DNA of 64,000 bases from Selenomonadales bacterium (GCA_018335585.1 JAGXRZ010000053.1:25189-89188), one strand, 5' to 3'. Numbered from the stretch's first letter, positions 31,558-40,687 are shown. The notes: generated by a model not told the origin, from the letters alone. Numbers and translations: made by a program.

Positions 31558-32802
31558 TTAGCGGCCGTATTTCGTTAGCACCAAGCTGCAGTTATGGCCG
31601 CCAAAGCCAAACGAGTTTTTAAGGGCGGCGCGAATGTGAAGACTCCGCGCACCTTCCGGCACATAGTCTAGGTCGCACTCGGGGTCGGGTGAAGTGCGGT
31701 TGATGGTCGGATGAACGATCCTTTCGTGGATGGATAATGCCGTCGCTATCAGCTCAACCGCGCCCGCCGCCCCCAGCAAATGGCCAACCATGGATTTAGT
31801 GGAGCTGATAGCTAGTCTCTGTGCATGCTCCCCAAAGACCTCTTTTATGGCCTTAGTTTCGAACTTGTCGTTAAGGTCGGTCGATGTGCCATGTGCGTTC
31901 ACATAGTCCACCTCGTGCGGGTTGAGCTTGGCATCAGCTAAGGCTTTCTGCATGCACCGCACAGTGCCTCGAACTTCCGGGTCAGGCGAAGTAATGTGAT
32001 GCGCGTCGTTAGTCGTGGCATAGCCCTTAACCTCGGCGTAGATGCGGGCTCCGCGGGATAAGGCGTGCTCAAGGCTCTCTAGCACCAGTACTCCGGCACC
32101 CTCGCCCATCACAAAGCCGTCGCGCTCCTTGTCGAACGGGCGACTGGCTCGTTTCGGGTCATCATTCCTCGTGCTTAGGGCCCGCGCCGCGATAAAGCCG
32201 GCAATAGCGAGCGGGGTAATGGCGCACTCGGTGCCACCTGCAAGCATCACTTCGCTGTCGCCGCGCTCAATTACGCGGCACGCGTCGCCTACGGCTTGGG
32301 CGCCGCTGGCGCAGGCGGAGACGATGTCGCTCGAGGGGCCCCTGAGGCCAAAGGTAATCGCAATTTGTCCGGCCGCCATATTGCCAATCATCATCGGCAC
32401 AAAGAACGGGCTGACCTTCGCAGGGCCCTTTTCGCGCAGCACGGCGAACTGGTTCTCGAGCGTCTCCATGCCGCCGATGCCTGCCCCTACGTAGACGCCG
32501 ATTTGTGCGGCGTTGTCGGGTGTTACGCTTAGCTCGGCGTCCTCTAAGGCCAGGGAGGCCGCGGCGACGCCGTATTGGGCAAAGCGGTCCATACGCTTGG
32601 CCTCTTTTTTGTCCATGTATTGGCTCGGGTCAAAGTCCTTGACCTCGGCGGCAATCTTGGTGGCAAAGTCCGCAGTGTCAAAACGCGTAATGACGTCGAC
32701 GCCTGACGTGCCAGCTAAGAGCGCCTGCCAAAAGGAGCGGTGACCTGTGCCTATGGGGGACACAACGCCAAGGCCGGTAATCACAACCCTTTTCATCTGC
32801 AT
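31558..32802 (-). CDS. fabF: 3-oxoacyl-ACP synthase II
   Basis: SACASG, NAHGTST, SSTKSMVGHLLG, NSFGFGGHN. Confidence 0.96.
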   Translation of the reverse strand: MQMKRVVITGLGVVSPIGTGHRSFWQALLAGTSGVDVITRFDTADFATKIAAEVKDFDPSQYMDKKEAKRMDRFAQYGVAAASLALEDAELSVTPDNAAQIGVYVGAGIGGMETLENQFAVLREKGPAKVSPFFVPMMIGNMAAGQIAITFGLRGPSSDIVSACASGAQAVGDACRVIERGDSEVMLAGGTECAITPLAIAGFIAARALSTRNDDPKRASRPFDKERDGFVMGEGAGVLVLESLEHALSRGARIYAEVKGYATTNDAHHITSPDPEVRGTVRCMQKALADAKLNPHEVDYVNAHGTSTDLNDKFETKAIKEVFGEHAQRLAISSTKSMVGHLLGAAGAVELIATALSIHERIVHPTINRTSPDPECDLDYVPEGARSLHIRAALKNSFGFGGHNCSLVLTKYGR

Positions 32803-32808
32803 CTCCTC

Positions 32809-33042
32809 CTAGGCTAGCTTTGCAGATACGTAAGCAACGGCGTCTTCTACGCTCACAATCTTACCCATATCCGCTTCAGGAATGGAAATGCCAAACTCCT
32901 CTTCTAAGCCCATAACCAGCTCAACTAAGTCGAGCGAGTCGGCACCGAGGTCTGCCTTAAACGCGGCAGTAAGCACAACATCCTCCTCTTTTACGGACAG
33001 CTTGTCAGCAATAAGTGGGCGCATGCGATCAAATAGTTCCAT
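32809..33042 (-). CDS. acpP: Acyl carrier protein
   Basis: LGADSLDLVEL; AGGAGG before ATG 33042. Confidence 0.95.
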   Translation of the reverse strand: MELFDRMRPLIADKLSVKEEDVVLTAAFKADLGADSLDLVELVMGLEEEFGISIPEADMGKIVSVEDAVAYVSAKLA

Positions 33043-33062
33043 GTCAACACCTCCTTTCAGGG

Positions 33063-33794
33063 TCATATGTTCATGCCGCCATCAATGGAGAGCACTTGCC
33101 CGGTGATGTAGTCTGCCTGAGGTCCGGCCAGGAACCCGACGGCAGCCGCTACGTCCGCGGGAGAGCCCGCACGGCGGAGGGGAATAGCTTCTAAGAGGCC
33201 AGCCTTAACTTCGGCCGGCAGGGCGTCAGTCATGGCTGTTTCAATAAAACCGGGCGCAACGGCATTACAGGTTATCCCACGACCGGCCAGCTCTTTGGCC
33301 AGGCTCTTAGTCAGACCGACTAAGCCCGCCTTCGAGGCGGCGTAGTTAGCTTGTCCGGCATTGCCACACAGGCCGACTACCGAGGAAATGTTGATGATTT
33401 TGCCGCTCCGCTGTCTAAGCATCACTTTGGCGGCCGCCCGGCTTACCAGGAAGGCCCCGGTTAAGTTAACGTCAATCACAGCCTGCCAGTCCGCTAACTT
33501 CATGCGCAGCAGCAGCGCATCGCGCGTAATGCCGGCATTGTTGACAACTACGTCAAGGCGGCCATAGCGCTTGAGAATCTCGGCAAGCATGGCCTCGACC
33601 CCGGATTCGTTGGCCACGTCAGCCATTACGGCAAGGGCACCACCGCCGTTGCCGGAGAGCTCCTGCACTAAGCTTTCTGCCTGTGCTCGATTGTTGCTGT
33701 AATGCACCACAACCACAAACCCAAGGCGAGCGAGCTCGCGGCAGACCGCCAGACCGATGCCTCCCGTTCCGCCGGTAACGAGGGCAACTTTCAT
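33063..33794 (-). CDS. fabG: 3-oxoacyl-ACP reductase
   Basis: TGGTGGIG, NNAGITRD, YAASK. Confidence 0.95.
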   Translation of the reverse strand: MKVALVTGGTGGIGLAVCRELARLGFVVVVHYSNNRAQAESLVQELSGNGGGALAVMADVANESGVEAMLAEILKRYGRLDVVVNNAGITRDALLLRMKLADWQAVIDVNLTGAFLVSRAAAKVMLRQRSGKIINISSVVGLCGNAGQANYAASKAGLVGLTKSLAKELAGRGITCNAVAPGFIETAMTDALPAEVKAGLLEAIPLRRAGSPADVAAAVGFLAGPQADYITGQVLSIDGGMNI

Positions 33795-34726
33795 GCTAAT
33801 GCCTCCAGTAGCTTATCAAGTCCCGCCTTATTTTCTATGCTTAACGCCTTGACTTCTTTGTCGATGCGCTTAACAAACGAAGCCAGTGAATTCCCCGGGC
33901 CCAGCTCGACGAAAGTACGGTACCCGTCGGCAAGTAAGCGGCGAATGGAATCTTCAAAGTGCACCGGCCTACTGACTTGTGCGACTAACAAGTCTGCTAG
34001 CTTTGCATCCGTGTGGTAGTCTGCAGTTACGTTGCTAACTACCGGTAAGCGAAGCGGTGTAAAGTCGGCCTGCGCCAAAAACGCACGCAAAGCTTCCCCG
34101 GCGCCCTGGAGGAGGGCGGTATGGAACGGTGCACTTACCGGGAGCTTTACCGTCCGCTTGGCACCGAGTGCGGCGCACTTGCTTAGCGCGGCATCCACGG
34201 CAGCCGCCTCGCCTGCTATGACTACTTGCCCCGGGCAATTGTAGTTAGCGATGGCCACTAGGCCAAGTCCTAGTTCCTGCACATTGGCGCAGGTCTGCTC
34301 AACTAGTTGTGTCTCTAGTCCCATTACCGCCGCCGCGGCGCCGTAACCTATGGGCACCGCCGCCTGCATGAGCCTGCCGCGCTCGCGTACCAGGCAGACC
34401 GCCTTCTCAAAGCGAAGTGCGCCGGCTGCTACCAGAGACGCATATTCGCCTAGCGAAAGCCCGGCTGTCGCTGTCGGTGTAATGCCATGCTTCTCTAATA
34501 CACGCAGCAGAGCGACGCTTGTAGTTAGAATCGCCGGCTGTGTAATCTCTGTCTGCGCGAGCTGCTCCGCTGGGCCACCCCAAACTACATCGCGCAGAGA
34601 AAAACCAAGGGCCCGGTCCGCCTCGGCAAAGACCTCCGCCGCTTCACCAAACTGCCCGGCAATCTCCTTGCCCATGCCGACATATTGGCTACCTTGACCG
34701 GGAAACAAAAACACTAGTTTTTCCAT
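33791..34726 (-). CDS. fabD: Malonyl-CoA:ACP transacylase
   Basis: FPGQGSQ, GLSLGEY, VSAPFH. Confidence 0.95.
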   Translation of the reverse strand: MEKLVFLFPGQGSQYVGMGKEIAGQFGEAAEVFAEADRALGFSLRDVVWGGPAEQLAQTEITQPAILTTSVALLRVLEKHGITPTATAGLSLGEYASLVAAGALRFEKAVCLVRERGRLMQAAVPIGYGAAAAVMGLETQLVEQTCANVQELGLGLVAIANYNCPGQVVIAGEAAAVDAALSKCAALGAKRTVKLPVSAPFHTALLQGAGEALRAFLAQADFTPLRLPVVSNVTADYHTDAKLADLLVAQVSRPVHFEDSIRRLLADGYRTFVELGPGNSLASFVKRIDKEVKALSIENKAGLDKLLEALA

Positions 34727-35649
34727 ATGCCCCTCCCAAGTAACCTCTCCGTTTGTTCGACTAGAGACAACATCAGTTCTTGTGTCGAGAGAATGCTCTT
34801 AACCAGCCCTGCCGACTGCCCGGCCATTAACGAGCCCTTGTGGACGTCTCCCTGCTCGAATGCCAGTCGCAACCTGCCCGCGCCCAGCTTATGTAGCTCC
34901 TCTTCATCGGCGCCTTGGCGCTCTAGGACTGCGATTTCGCGCGTCAGTTGATTCTTTAGCGCGCGCACGGGGTGGCCAATTGAGGCACCGCAGATTATGG
35001 CATCGCGGTCGCCTGCCGCGACGATAGCCTCTTTGTAGTTCGCATGGGCTTCGCATTCGGTGGTGCAGATAAAGCGCGTGCCCAACTGCACGCCTTCTGC
35101 GCCTAGCATGAGCGCAGCGGCGATGCCGCGTCCGTCGGCGATGCCTCCGGCGGCGATTACTGGTACAGTTACAGCGTCGACTATCTGGGGGACCAAGGCC
35201 ATGGTAGAGATCTCGCCGATATGCCCCCCGGCCTCGTTGCCTTCGGCGACAATCGCGTCCGCCCCCATGCGCTCCAGCCGCCTAGCCAAGGCAACGGAGG
35301 CCACCACGGGAATAACCTTGCATTCCGCAGTCTTAAAAGCCTCCATGTAGGGACCTGGGCTTCCGGCACCGGTGGTAACTACAGGCACGCGCTCTTCGAC
35401 GACAACCTGTACTACGTCTTTGACCGCCGGCGACAACAACATTACGTTTACGCCGAAAGGCATGTCTGTTAGCCTACGAATTTTCCTGATTTCCTGCCGC
35501 ACCCATTCGCCCGGTGCGTGGCCGGCTCCCACAATGCCAAGGCCGCCCGCATCGGAGACGGCTGCGGCAAGAGCTGCTGTTGCCACCCACGCCATGCCGC
35601 CTTGCATAATCGGGTACTTAGTACCGAGCAGCGTTCTTACTCTGTCCAT
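34714..35649 (-). CDS. fabK: Enoyl-ACP reductase II
   Basis: YPIMQGGMAW, EAGGHIG, AAGGIADGRG, MAGQSAGLV; likely start ATG 35649. Confidence 0.92.
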   Translation of the reverse strand: MDRVRTLLGTKYPIMQGGMAWVATAALAAAVSDAGGLGIVGAGHAPGEWVRQEIRKIRRLTDMPFGVNVMLLSPAVKDVVQVVVEERVPVVTTGAGSPGPYMEAFKTAECKVIPVVASVALARRLERMGADAIVAEGNEAGGHIGEISTMALVPQIVDAVTVPVIAAGGIADGRGIAAALMLGAEGVQLGTRFICTTECEAHANYKEAIVAAGDRDAIICGASIGHPVRALKNQLTREIAVLERQGADEEELHKLGAGRLRLAFEQGDVHKGSLMAGQSAGLVKSILSTQELMLSLVEQTERLLGRGIWKN

Positions 35650-35653
35650 ACCC

Positions 35654-36643
35654 TTAGCGCACCTGCCATTCCAATAAGCAGGAGCCCCACGTGAGCCCGC
35701 CGCCAAATCCCACCAGCATAACCTTGTCGCCCGTTCTAAGCCTCACTGCGCCAAACTCTTCGTGCAAAGCAACAGGAATCGACGCAGACGACATATTGCC
35801 ATATCTGTCAAGATTTACAGCGATTTTCTCCGGCGATAGCTTTAGTCGCTTAGCGAAGCCCTCGATAATGCGTAAATTCGCCTGATGAGGTATGTAGTAG
35901 TCGACCGCCTCAAAGCCGAGCCCCAGTTTGGCAAGCAGCTGTCCGCACGCCTCCTCTACTATCCGCACGGCGAACTTGTACACCTCTTGACCGTTCATGT
36001 GCACGTAGTGGCGGCGGCCGTTTACAGTCTCCAGCGAAGCAGGCAAGCGCGAACCCCCGGCGGGTAGTGTCAGCACATCGCCCGCCGTGCCATCAGCCCC
36101 GAGGTGTACCCCTAGTATGCGAGGCCCATTTCCATCCGCGCTTACGACGGCCGCACCCGCGCCGTCGCCAAACAAGACGCAGGTATTGCGGTCTTGCCAG
36201 TTTACAATGCGGGACAGCGTCTCCGCGCCAACTATTAAGACATGCCGCCAACTGCCAGACTCTATAGCCTGCTTGGCAAGCTGTAGCCCATACACAAATC
36301 CCGTACAAGCCGCGCCTAGGTCAAAAGCAATTGCGTTATGTGCACCTAACTGGCCCTGAATAATACACGCCGTAGAGGGGAACAACATATCTGGAGTGAC
36401 TGTGCAAACAATAATCGCGTCAAGGTCTGCGGGTTGTAGGCCTGCGGCTTCAATCGCTTGCTTGGCTGCCGGGTAAGACAAGTCCGAGGTAGCCTGCTCC
36501 GGCAGAGCGATGCGGCGCTCCCTGATGCCGGTCCTGCTCTCTATCCACTCTGCCGTGGTGTCTATGACACTTTCTAGCTCCTTGTTCGTCAAGACACGTG
36601 TCGGCACATACGCGCCGGTGCCTGAGATCACTGCTGTAGGCAC
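35654..36643 (-). CDS. fabH: 3-oxoacyl-ACP synthase III
   Basis: AACTGF, FGDGAGA, HQAN, YGNMSSASIP; GGGAGG before GTG 36643. Confidence 0.95.
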   Translation of the reverse strand: MPTAVISGTGAYVPTRVLTNKELESVIDTTAEWIESRTGIRERRIALPEQATSDLSYPAAKQAIEAAGLQPADLDAIIVCTVTPDMLFPSTACIIQGQLGAHNAIAFDLGAACTGFVYGLQLAKQAIESGSWRHVLIVGAETLSRIVNWQDRNTCVLFGDGAGAAVVSADGNGPRILGVHLGADGTAGDVLTLPAGGSRLPASLETVNGRRHYVHMNGQEVYKFAVRIVEEACGQLLAKLGLGFEAVDYYIPHQANLRIIEGFAKRLKLSPEKIAVNLDRYGNMSSASIPVALHEEFGAVRLRTGDKVMLVGFGGGLTWGSCLLEWQVR

Positions 36644-36674
36644 GATACACCTCCCATTTCGTTTCACATGTTGA

Positions 36675-36735
36675 AATATCCCTGTGCACACAATGTGCAC
36701 AGGGATATTATACTTACTCGGCGAGCGTTTGTCAA
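36675..36735 (-). promoter_or_regulatory. Consensus SigA promoter of the fab operon overlapped by a perfect 16-3-16 inverted repeat
   Basis: Minus strand TTGACA(36735-36730)-N17-TATAAT(36712-36707); AATATCCCTGTGCACA-CAA-TGTGCACAGGGATATT at 36675-36709. Confidence 0.8.
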
Positions 36736-36736
36736 C

Positions 36737-36765
36737 GAAGCAAAAAGCTCCGTCCCTTTTGCTTC
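36737..36765. repeat. 29-bp REP-like palindrome, copy 1
   Basis: GAAGCAAAAAGCTCCGTCCCTTTTGCTTC; overlaps the TGA of the adjacent gene. Confidence 0.95.
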
Positions 36766-38200
36766 ACTTGGTGACAAAGCGCTGGTAACGGCTGCGAGGT
36801 CTTTCGGGCATCGTGAGGCGAATTTTCCCGGCATCAATTAGGGGCTGCACTAACTTGGACATCGTGTAGTATTGCGAGAATCCGGTAAAGCGGGTCAGCT
36901 CATCCCTCGACCTCGGAATGCTGCAAAACGTCAGTAACGCTGCCACCTGGTCGTGGCTTGCTTCTCTAATCGCCGCATGTAAGTTGTTTCTGAATGTGAC
37001 GACGAACTCACCCCTTTGGGCTGCAAAAAGCGGTGCAGGCAACTTGGCCTGATCACATTCTCTGCGGATTGTCGGGATGCCTGAATATCGATTCTCTGTA
37101 ACGGAAAGAAGTTCCAGTATGTTAGCAAGAGTCGGGTTGCGGGTGTCAGGACGCACCTTGCCAAGAGAATCGATGGAGATGTTCCCATATAGTCCGCCGC
37201 TGTTTGTCACCTCCATGCGGTCGCTATACATGACGATACGCACTGGGACAGATTCGGAGTGGATGCTGTAATCTCGATGCACGAGCGCGTTTAGGATGGC
37301 CTCGCGAACCGCCAAGGGAGGAAACTCTGGTCTGTCAACTCGCTTGCCGTCATCCCCAATGACGGTTGTTAGTCGTCCATTCCTTCGCACGAAGTCCACA
37401 GCAGCCTCTAACATGTCGGGTATAGGGCCCGTGATTCGCTGATTGGCTATGAAACGCTCGCCGGCAGTACCGGTATCCCCCATGCTCGTCCCGGGGACGA
37501 CGACTGCCGTGATGCACAGCTGCGGAAAGTTTGCCTGGGGATAGTGAGACAGCGCCATGAGGCCAGCTAGTGTAGGGGTTCCGTTCACCGTCACGCCCAT
37601 AAGCTCCAAAATGCCCTCATCAGATACGTTGTCGGCAATATTCCTTCGGTCGAGCTTAACTGCCCTTAAGTATCGCTCCACACGAGTGGGGTCAAAAAAT
37701 GACAGTCTTGCACTAACCACCGGCCGTAGGTCGTCACGGATACGTTTTCGAAAGGCGTCGAAGCTGTATATCTCATATTCACTCATCAGATCATTAGACT
37801 CCCCGACGCGAATGTACGATCCCTTGTTCCGGCCGACCCCTCTGTAATAGACTGGACGTTGGTCGGCGTCGACACTTGGTATTTCAGCCGCGACGACATG
37901 GTGCCCGTCTATCGTCGCAATGGTGAACAATGGGCGAACGATGGGCTCCATCTGTTTGCACTGCTCGGTAACCTTCCTCTGCAAGTCGTGCGGATCATAT
38001 ACGCCAACAGCACTAAAGCCCGCGCGCTCATCAAGACCAAACACAATCACCCCACCGTCATCTTGGTTAGAGAATGCGGACAATGTGCCGAACAGGCGAG
38101 TAGGGCAGCCATCACGGGCAGACTTCACCTCGATGCCCTGTGATTCGGTCTTCTGCGCTTGGATTTGATGCACCAAATCGACTAGCTCCTCAACCTGCAT
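36764..38200 (-). CDS. AlbA_2 (Schlafen-like) + RecG C-terminal-like ATP-binding + HTH protein
   Basis: IEVK...LSAFSN..GGVIVFGLDE; REAILNALVHRDY; RNPTLA; C-terminal HTH-like tail; AGGAGG before ATG 38200. Confidence 0.82.
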   Translation of the reverse strand: MQVEELVDLVHQIQAQKTESQGIEVKSARDGCPTRLFGTLSAFSNQDDGGVIVFGLDERAGFSAVGVYDPHDLQRKVTEQCKQMEPIVRPLFTIATIDGHHVVAAEIPSVDADQRPVYYRGVGRNKGSYIRVGESNDLMSEYEIYSFDAFRKRIRDDLRPVVSARLSFFDPTRVERYLRAVKLDRRNIADNVSDEGILELMGVTVNGTPTLAGLMALSHYPQANFPQLCITAVVVPGTSMGDTGTAGERFIANQRITGPIPDMLEAAVDFVRRNGRLTTVIGDDGKRVDRPEFPPLAVREAILNALVHRDYSIHSESVPVRIVMYSDRMEVTNSGGLYGNISIDSLGKVRPDTRNPTLANILELLSVTENRYSGIPTIRRECDQAKLPAPLFAAQRGEFVVTFRNNLHAAIREASHDQVAALLTFCSIPRSRDELTRFTGFSQYYTMSKLVQPLIDAGKIRLTMPERPRSRYQRFVTK

Positions 38201-38261
38201 CTTCCCACCTCCTACCACTATTATGACAACAATGCGGCAAAAATACAACAGCAAACGTTAT

Positions 38262-38346
38262 TTTACGCAACAACAGTCCAAATTAACGCAACAACAGCGC
38301 GAAATAACGCAACAACAGGCCAACTTGAACCACATTGTTGCGTTAA
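38262..38346. repeat. Three 21-bp direct repeats (core ACGCAACAACAG) plus one inverted half copy
   Basis: Units at 38262, 38283, 38304; TGTTGCGTTAA at 38336-38346. Confidence 0.85.
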
Positions 38347-38355
38347 CTGAGTTTA

Positions 38356-38454
38356 TCAACGAAGCAAAAAGCTCCGTCCCTTTTGCTTCACACCCATTTC
38401 CGAAAAAATGCTCAGTAGCCCTCCGGCGAGGAAACCAAACCAAAGTCCCTTCAT
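38356..38454 (-). pseudogene. Probable truncated partner gene (first TM segment of a second ABC half-transporter?)
   Basis: GGAGG RBS and ATGA overlap with the ABC gene; MKGLWFGFLAGGLLSIFSEMGV then reads into the palindrome and stops. Confidence 0.45.
38361..38389. repeat. 29-bp REP-like palindrome, copy 2
   Basis: Identical to copy 1. Confidence 0.95.
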
Positions 38455-40235
38455 GCGCACACCTCCGCCACATCACTTTGGCAGAGCACTTTTCCATGCT
38501 CAAATAGGCTGGCGTAATGTCCCTGTCGTGCCAAGAGCTCGGCGTGCGGCCCTGCCTCGACCACGCGCCCTCCATGTATAACGGCGATGCGATCCACGCG
38601 ACTTAAGAGATGCAGGCGATGCGTGACAATAATCTTGGTCGACGGAAGGCGCAATATGCAGTCTGTCACCAACCGCTCCGTTTTCATATCGAGCGCGGCC
38701 GTCGCTTCGTCTAAGAGCAAAACCGCGGCTCCGCGCAAAATGGCTCGCGCCAACGCTATCCGCTGTCGCTGCCCGCCCGATAGGGTACCCCCGCCCTCGC
38801 CTATAATCGTGTCGTAGCCCTGCGGCAGTGCCTTAATAAACTCGTCCGCTCCGGCCTGTGCGGCCGCCGCCCGAATATCTGTCTGCGTGGCGTCAAGATT
38901 GCCTAACCGGATGTTCTCTGCGATTGAGGTCGGCAAGAAGAAGTCATCCTGCGGGACATACGCCATATGCCGGCGCACGCAGGCGATTGACTCGGCGTCT
39001 AAGGCTTGACCGAAGCAAGAGACGACTCCGGCACTCGGTTGCCTAAAGCCAAGCAGGAGCTCCAGTAAGGTGCTTTTGCCCGCGCCGCTCGCCCCCACGA
39101 TGGCTAACGCCTCTCCGGTTCGCACCTTGAGGCTGAGCTCGCGCAACACGTCAGTCGCACCCGTAAACCCAAACGATACCCTATCGAATTCCACTGCGTA
39201 CTCCAGAGCGGCAGGCGGAGGCGGGCAGACCTTAGGCGGTAATGGCTCCACAGGCAGCTCCAGGACTTCCAGTACTCGTTCCGCCGCTTCACTGGCCGCT
39301 TTAATGTTTGCCAAGCTCTGCGCCACTCCCGAGAGCGGCCAGGTCAAGGCATTAAGCAGGTTTAGCAGTACAAAGAGCTGCCCTAAGCTCAGTCTGCCTG
39401 CGATAACGTCAAGCCCGCCTACGCCAAACAGCACGAGAAAAGGCACGACCGAGAACACTGTCATGGCTGCGTGCATCTGGCCCCGCAGCAAGGCGAGCTT
39501 AGCCGCATTGCCTACGGCGCTTTCCTGCAGGGCACTCATCCGTGCAACAAGGTAGTCGCGCATATTGTAGACCTTGGCAATGACTATTCCGGCCACCGTA
39601 TCTTGCGCGAGAACATTCACCTTAGCTATATCGCTTTGCCATAACTTGAGGACCGCACCCATGCGCCCGCCTAGCCAAGATGCGACAAACATCATGAGCG
39701 GCGCCATCGCCACCGTCAGCAATGTAACTTTCCATGACACGAGCAGCATTACCACCAGCGAGGCGACAAAGCCTAAGCTGCCTTGTGCGAGGTTTGGCAG
39801 GTGGCGCGCGAAGGCCGACCGCACGACTTGTGCGTCATTGCTAAGGCGAGAAACATACTCCCCGCTGTGCGTTTGTTCGAGCGCAGGGATGCGAGCCCGG
39901 CCAAGGTGCATGGCCACTTGCGCGCGCAGGCCGTGCATAACGCTCTCCGCGAGTTCTCCGGTAAGCAGTTGCCGCAGTAGCAAAGCAATGTCTCCGCCAA
40001 CCCAAACCAAAACTAACAGCAAAAACGTCTGCCCAAACGCCTCTCTGTCGGCAAGGATGCCTACATCAATAATTGCCCCAAGCTGCCGAGCTAAGAGCAC
40101 CCCCAGCGCCACTTGCAGAGCGATAACCAGCAACGCCCCAAGCGCTGTGATTCTATGCTGCCTGACGTACCCCCATAGTGCTTGCTGCCCTCGCCTTGGT
40201 TCCTTACTTGCTGCCGCCCGAGGTTTCCCCTGCAT
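38451..40235 (-). CDS. ABC exporter, fused TMD-NBD half transporter
   Basis: TM domain, GASGAGKST, LSGGQRQR, LLLDEATAALD. Confidence 0.93.
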   Translation of the reverse strand: MQGKPRAAASKEPRRGQQALWGYVRQHRITALGALLVIALQVALGVLLARQLGAIIDVGILADREAFGQTFLLLVLVWVGGDIALLLRQLLTGELAESVMHGLRAQVAMHLGRARIPALEQTHSGEYVSRLSNDAQVVRSAFARHLPNLAQGSLGFVASLVVMLLVSWKVTLLTVAMAPLMMFVASWLGGRMGAVLKLWQSDIAKVNVLAQDTVAGIVIAKVYNMRDYLVARMSALQESAVGNAAKLALLRGQMHAAMTVFSVVPFLVLFGVGGLDVIAGRLSLGQLFVLLNLLNALTWPLSGVAQSLANIKAASEAAERVLEVLELPVEPLPPKVCPPPPAALEYAVEFDRVSFGFTGATDVLRELSLKVRTGEALAIVGASGAGKSTLLELLLGFRQPSAGVVSCFGQALDAESIACVRRHMAYVPQDDFFLPTSIAENIRLGNLDATQTDIRAAAAQAGADEFIKALPQGYDTIIGEGGGTLSGGQRQRIALARAILRGAAVLLLDEATAALDMKTERLVTDCILRLPSTKIIVTHRLHLLSRVDRIAVIHGGRVVEAGPHAELLARQGHYASLFEHGKVLCQSDVAEVCA

Positions 40236-40341
40236 GTGCTACCCCCTTAATTTACAGACGTCTTCTGAGTGCGCGTCGTCATGCCCTCCAAAATATTCTA
40301 CATCTGACCCCCTCTACCTGCCGGCAAATGAAAAATTAAGC

Positions 40342-40370
40342 GAAGCAAAAAGCTCCGTCCCTTTTGCTTC
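40342..40370. repeat. 29-bp REP-like palindrome, copy 3
   Basis: Identical to copies 1 and 2, same orientation. Confidence 0.95.
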
Positions 40371-40371
40371 A

Positions 40372-40398
40372 CATATACCTGCTTCCAGCTCATATATG
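40372..40398 (+). promoter_or_regulatory. SigE-like promoter of spoIIID
   Basis: CATATAC...CATATATG; spoIIID is SigE-dependent in Bacillus. Confidence 0.5.
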
Positions 40399-40432
40399 TT
40401 AAGTGAAGTAGTGAGCTACGGGGGGCGGGAGC

Positions 40433-40687
40433 GTGAATGACCACATCTACGAGCGGGTAGTGGAAATTGCACGGTACGTGGCAGCCACTAAGGCTACCGT
40501 GCGGGCTGCGGCCGACCATTTTGATGTTTCTAAGTCGACCGTACATAAGGACCTGACAGACAGGCTAAAAGCCATTAACACCGGCTTGTATGAAGAAGTG
40601 GCGGAAGTATTAAAGTTTAATAAGGCCACCCGGCATCTGCGCGGTGGCGACGCAACTCGCCGCAAATACGAGCGCGGCAACGCATAA
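40433..40687 (+). CDS. spoIIID: Sporulation transcription regulator SpoIIID
   Basis: TVRxxAxxFxVSKSTVHKDLTDRL, RHLRGGxAT. Confidence 0.96.
   Translation: MNDHIYERVVEIARYVAATKATVRAAADHFDVSKSTVHKDLTDRLKAINTGLYEEVAEVLKFNKATRHLRGGDATRRKYERGNA

Noticed and set aside
38223..38507. 94-aa plus-strand ORF with TQQQ repeats
   Set aside because: No RBS, runs through the palindrome and overlaps the ABC gene; better explained by the 21-bp DNA repeat
36737..40370. 29-bp palindromes as CRISPR repeats or intrinsic terminators
   Set aside because: Spacing is 1.6-2 kb with whole genes between copies, and there is no U-tract after the stem
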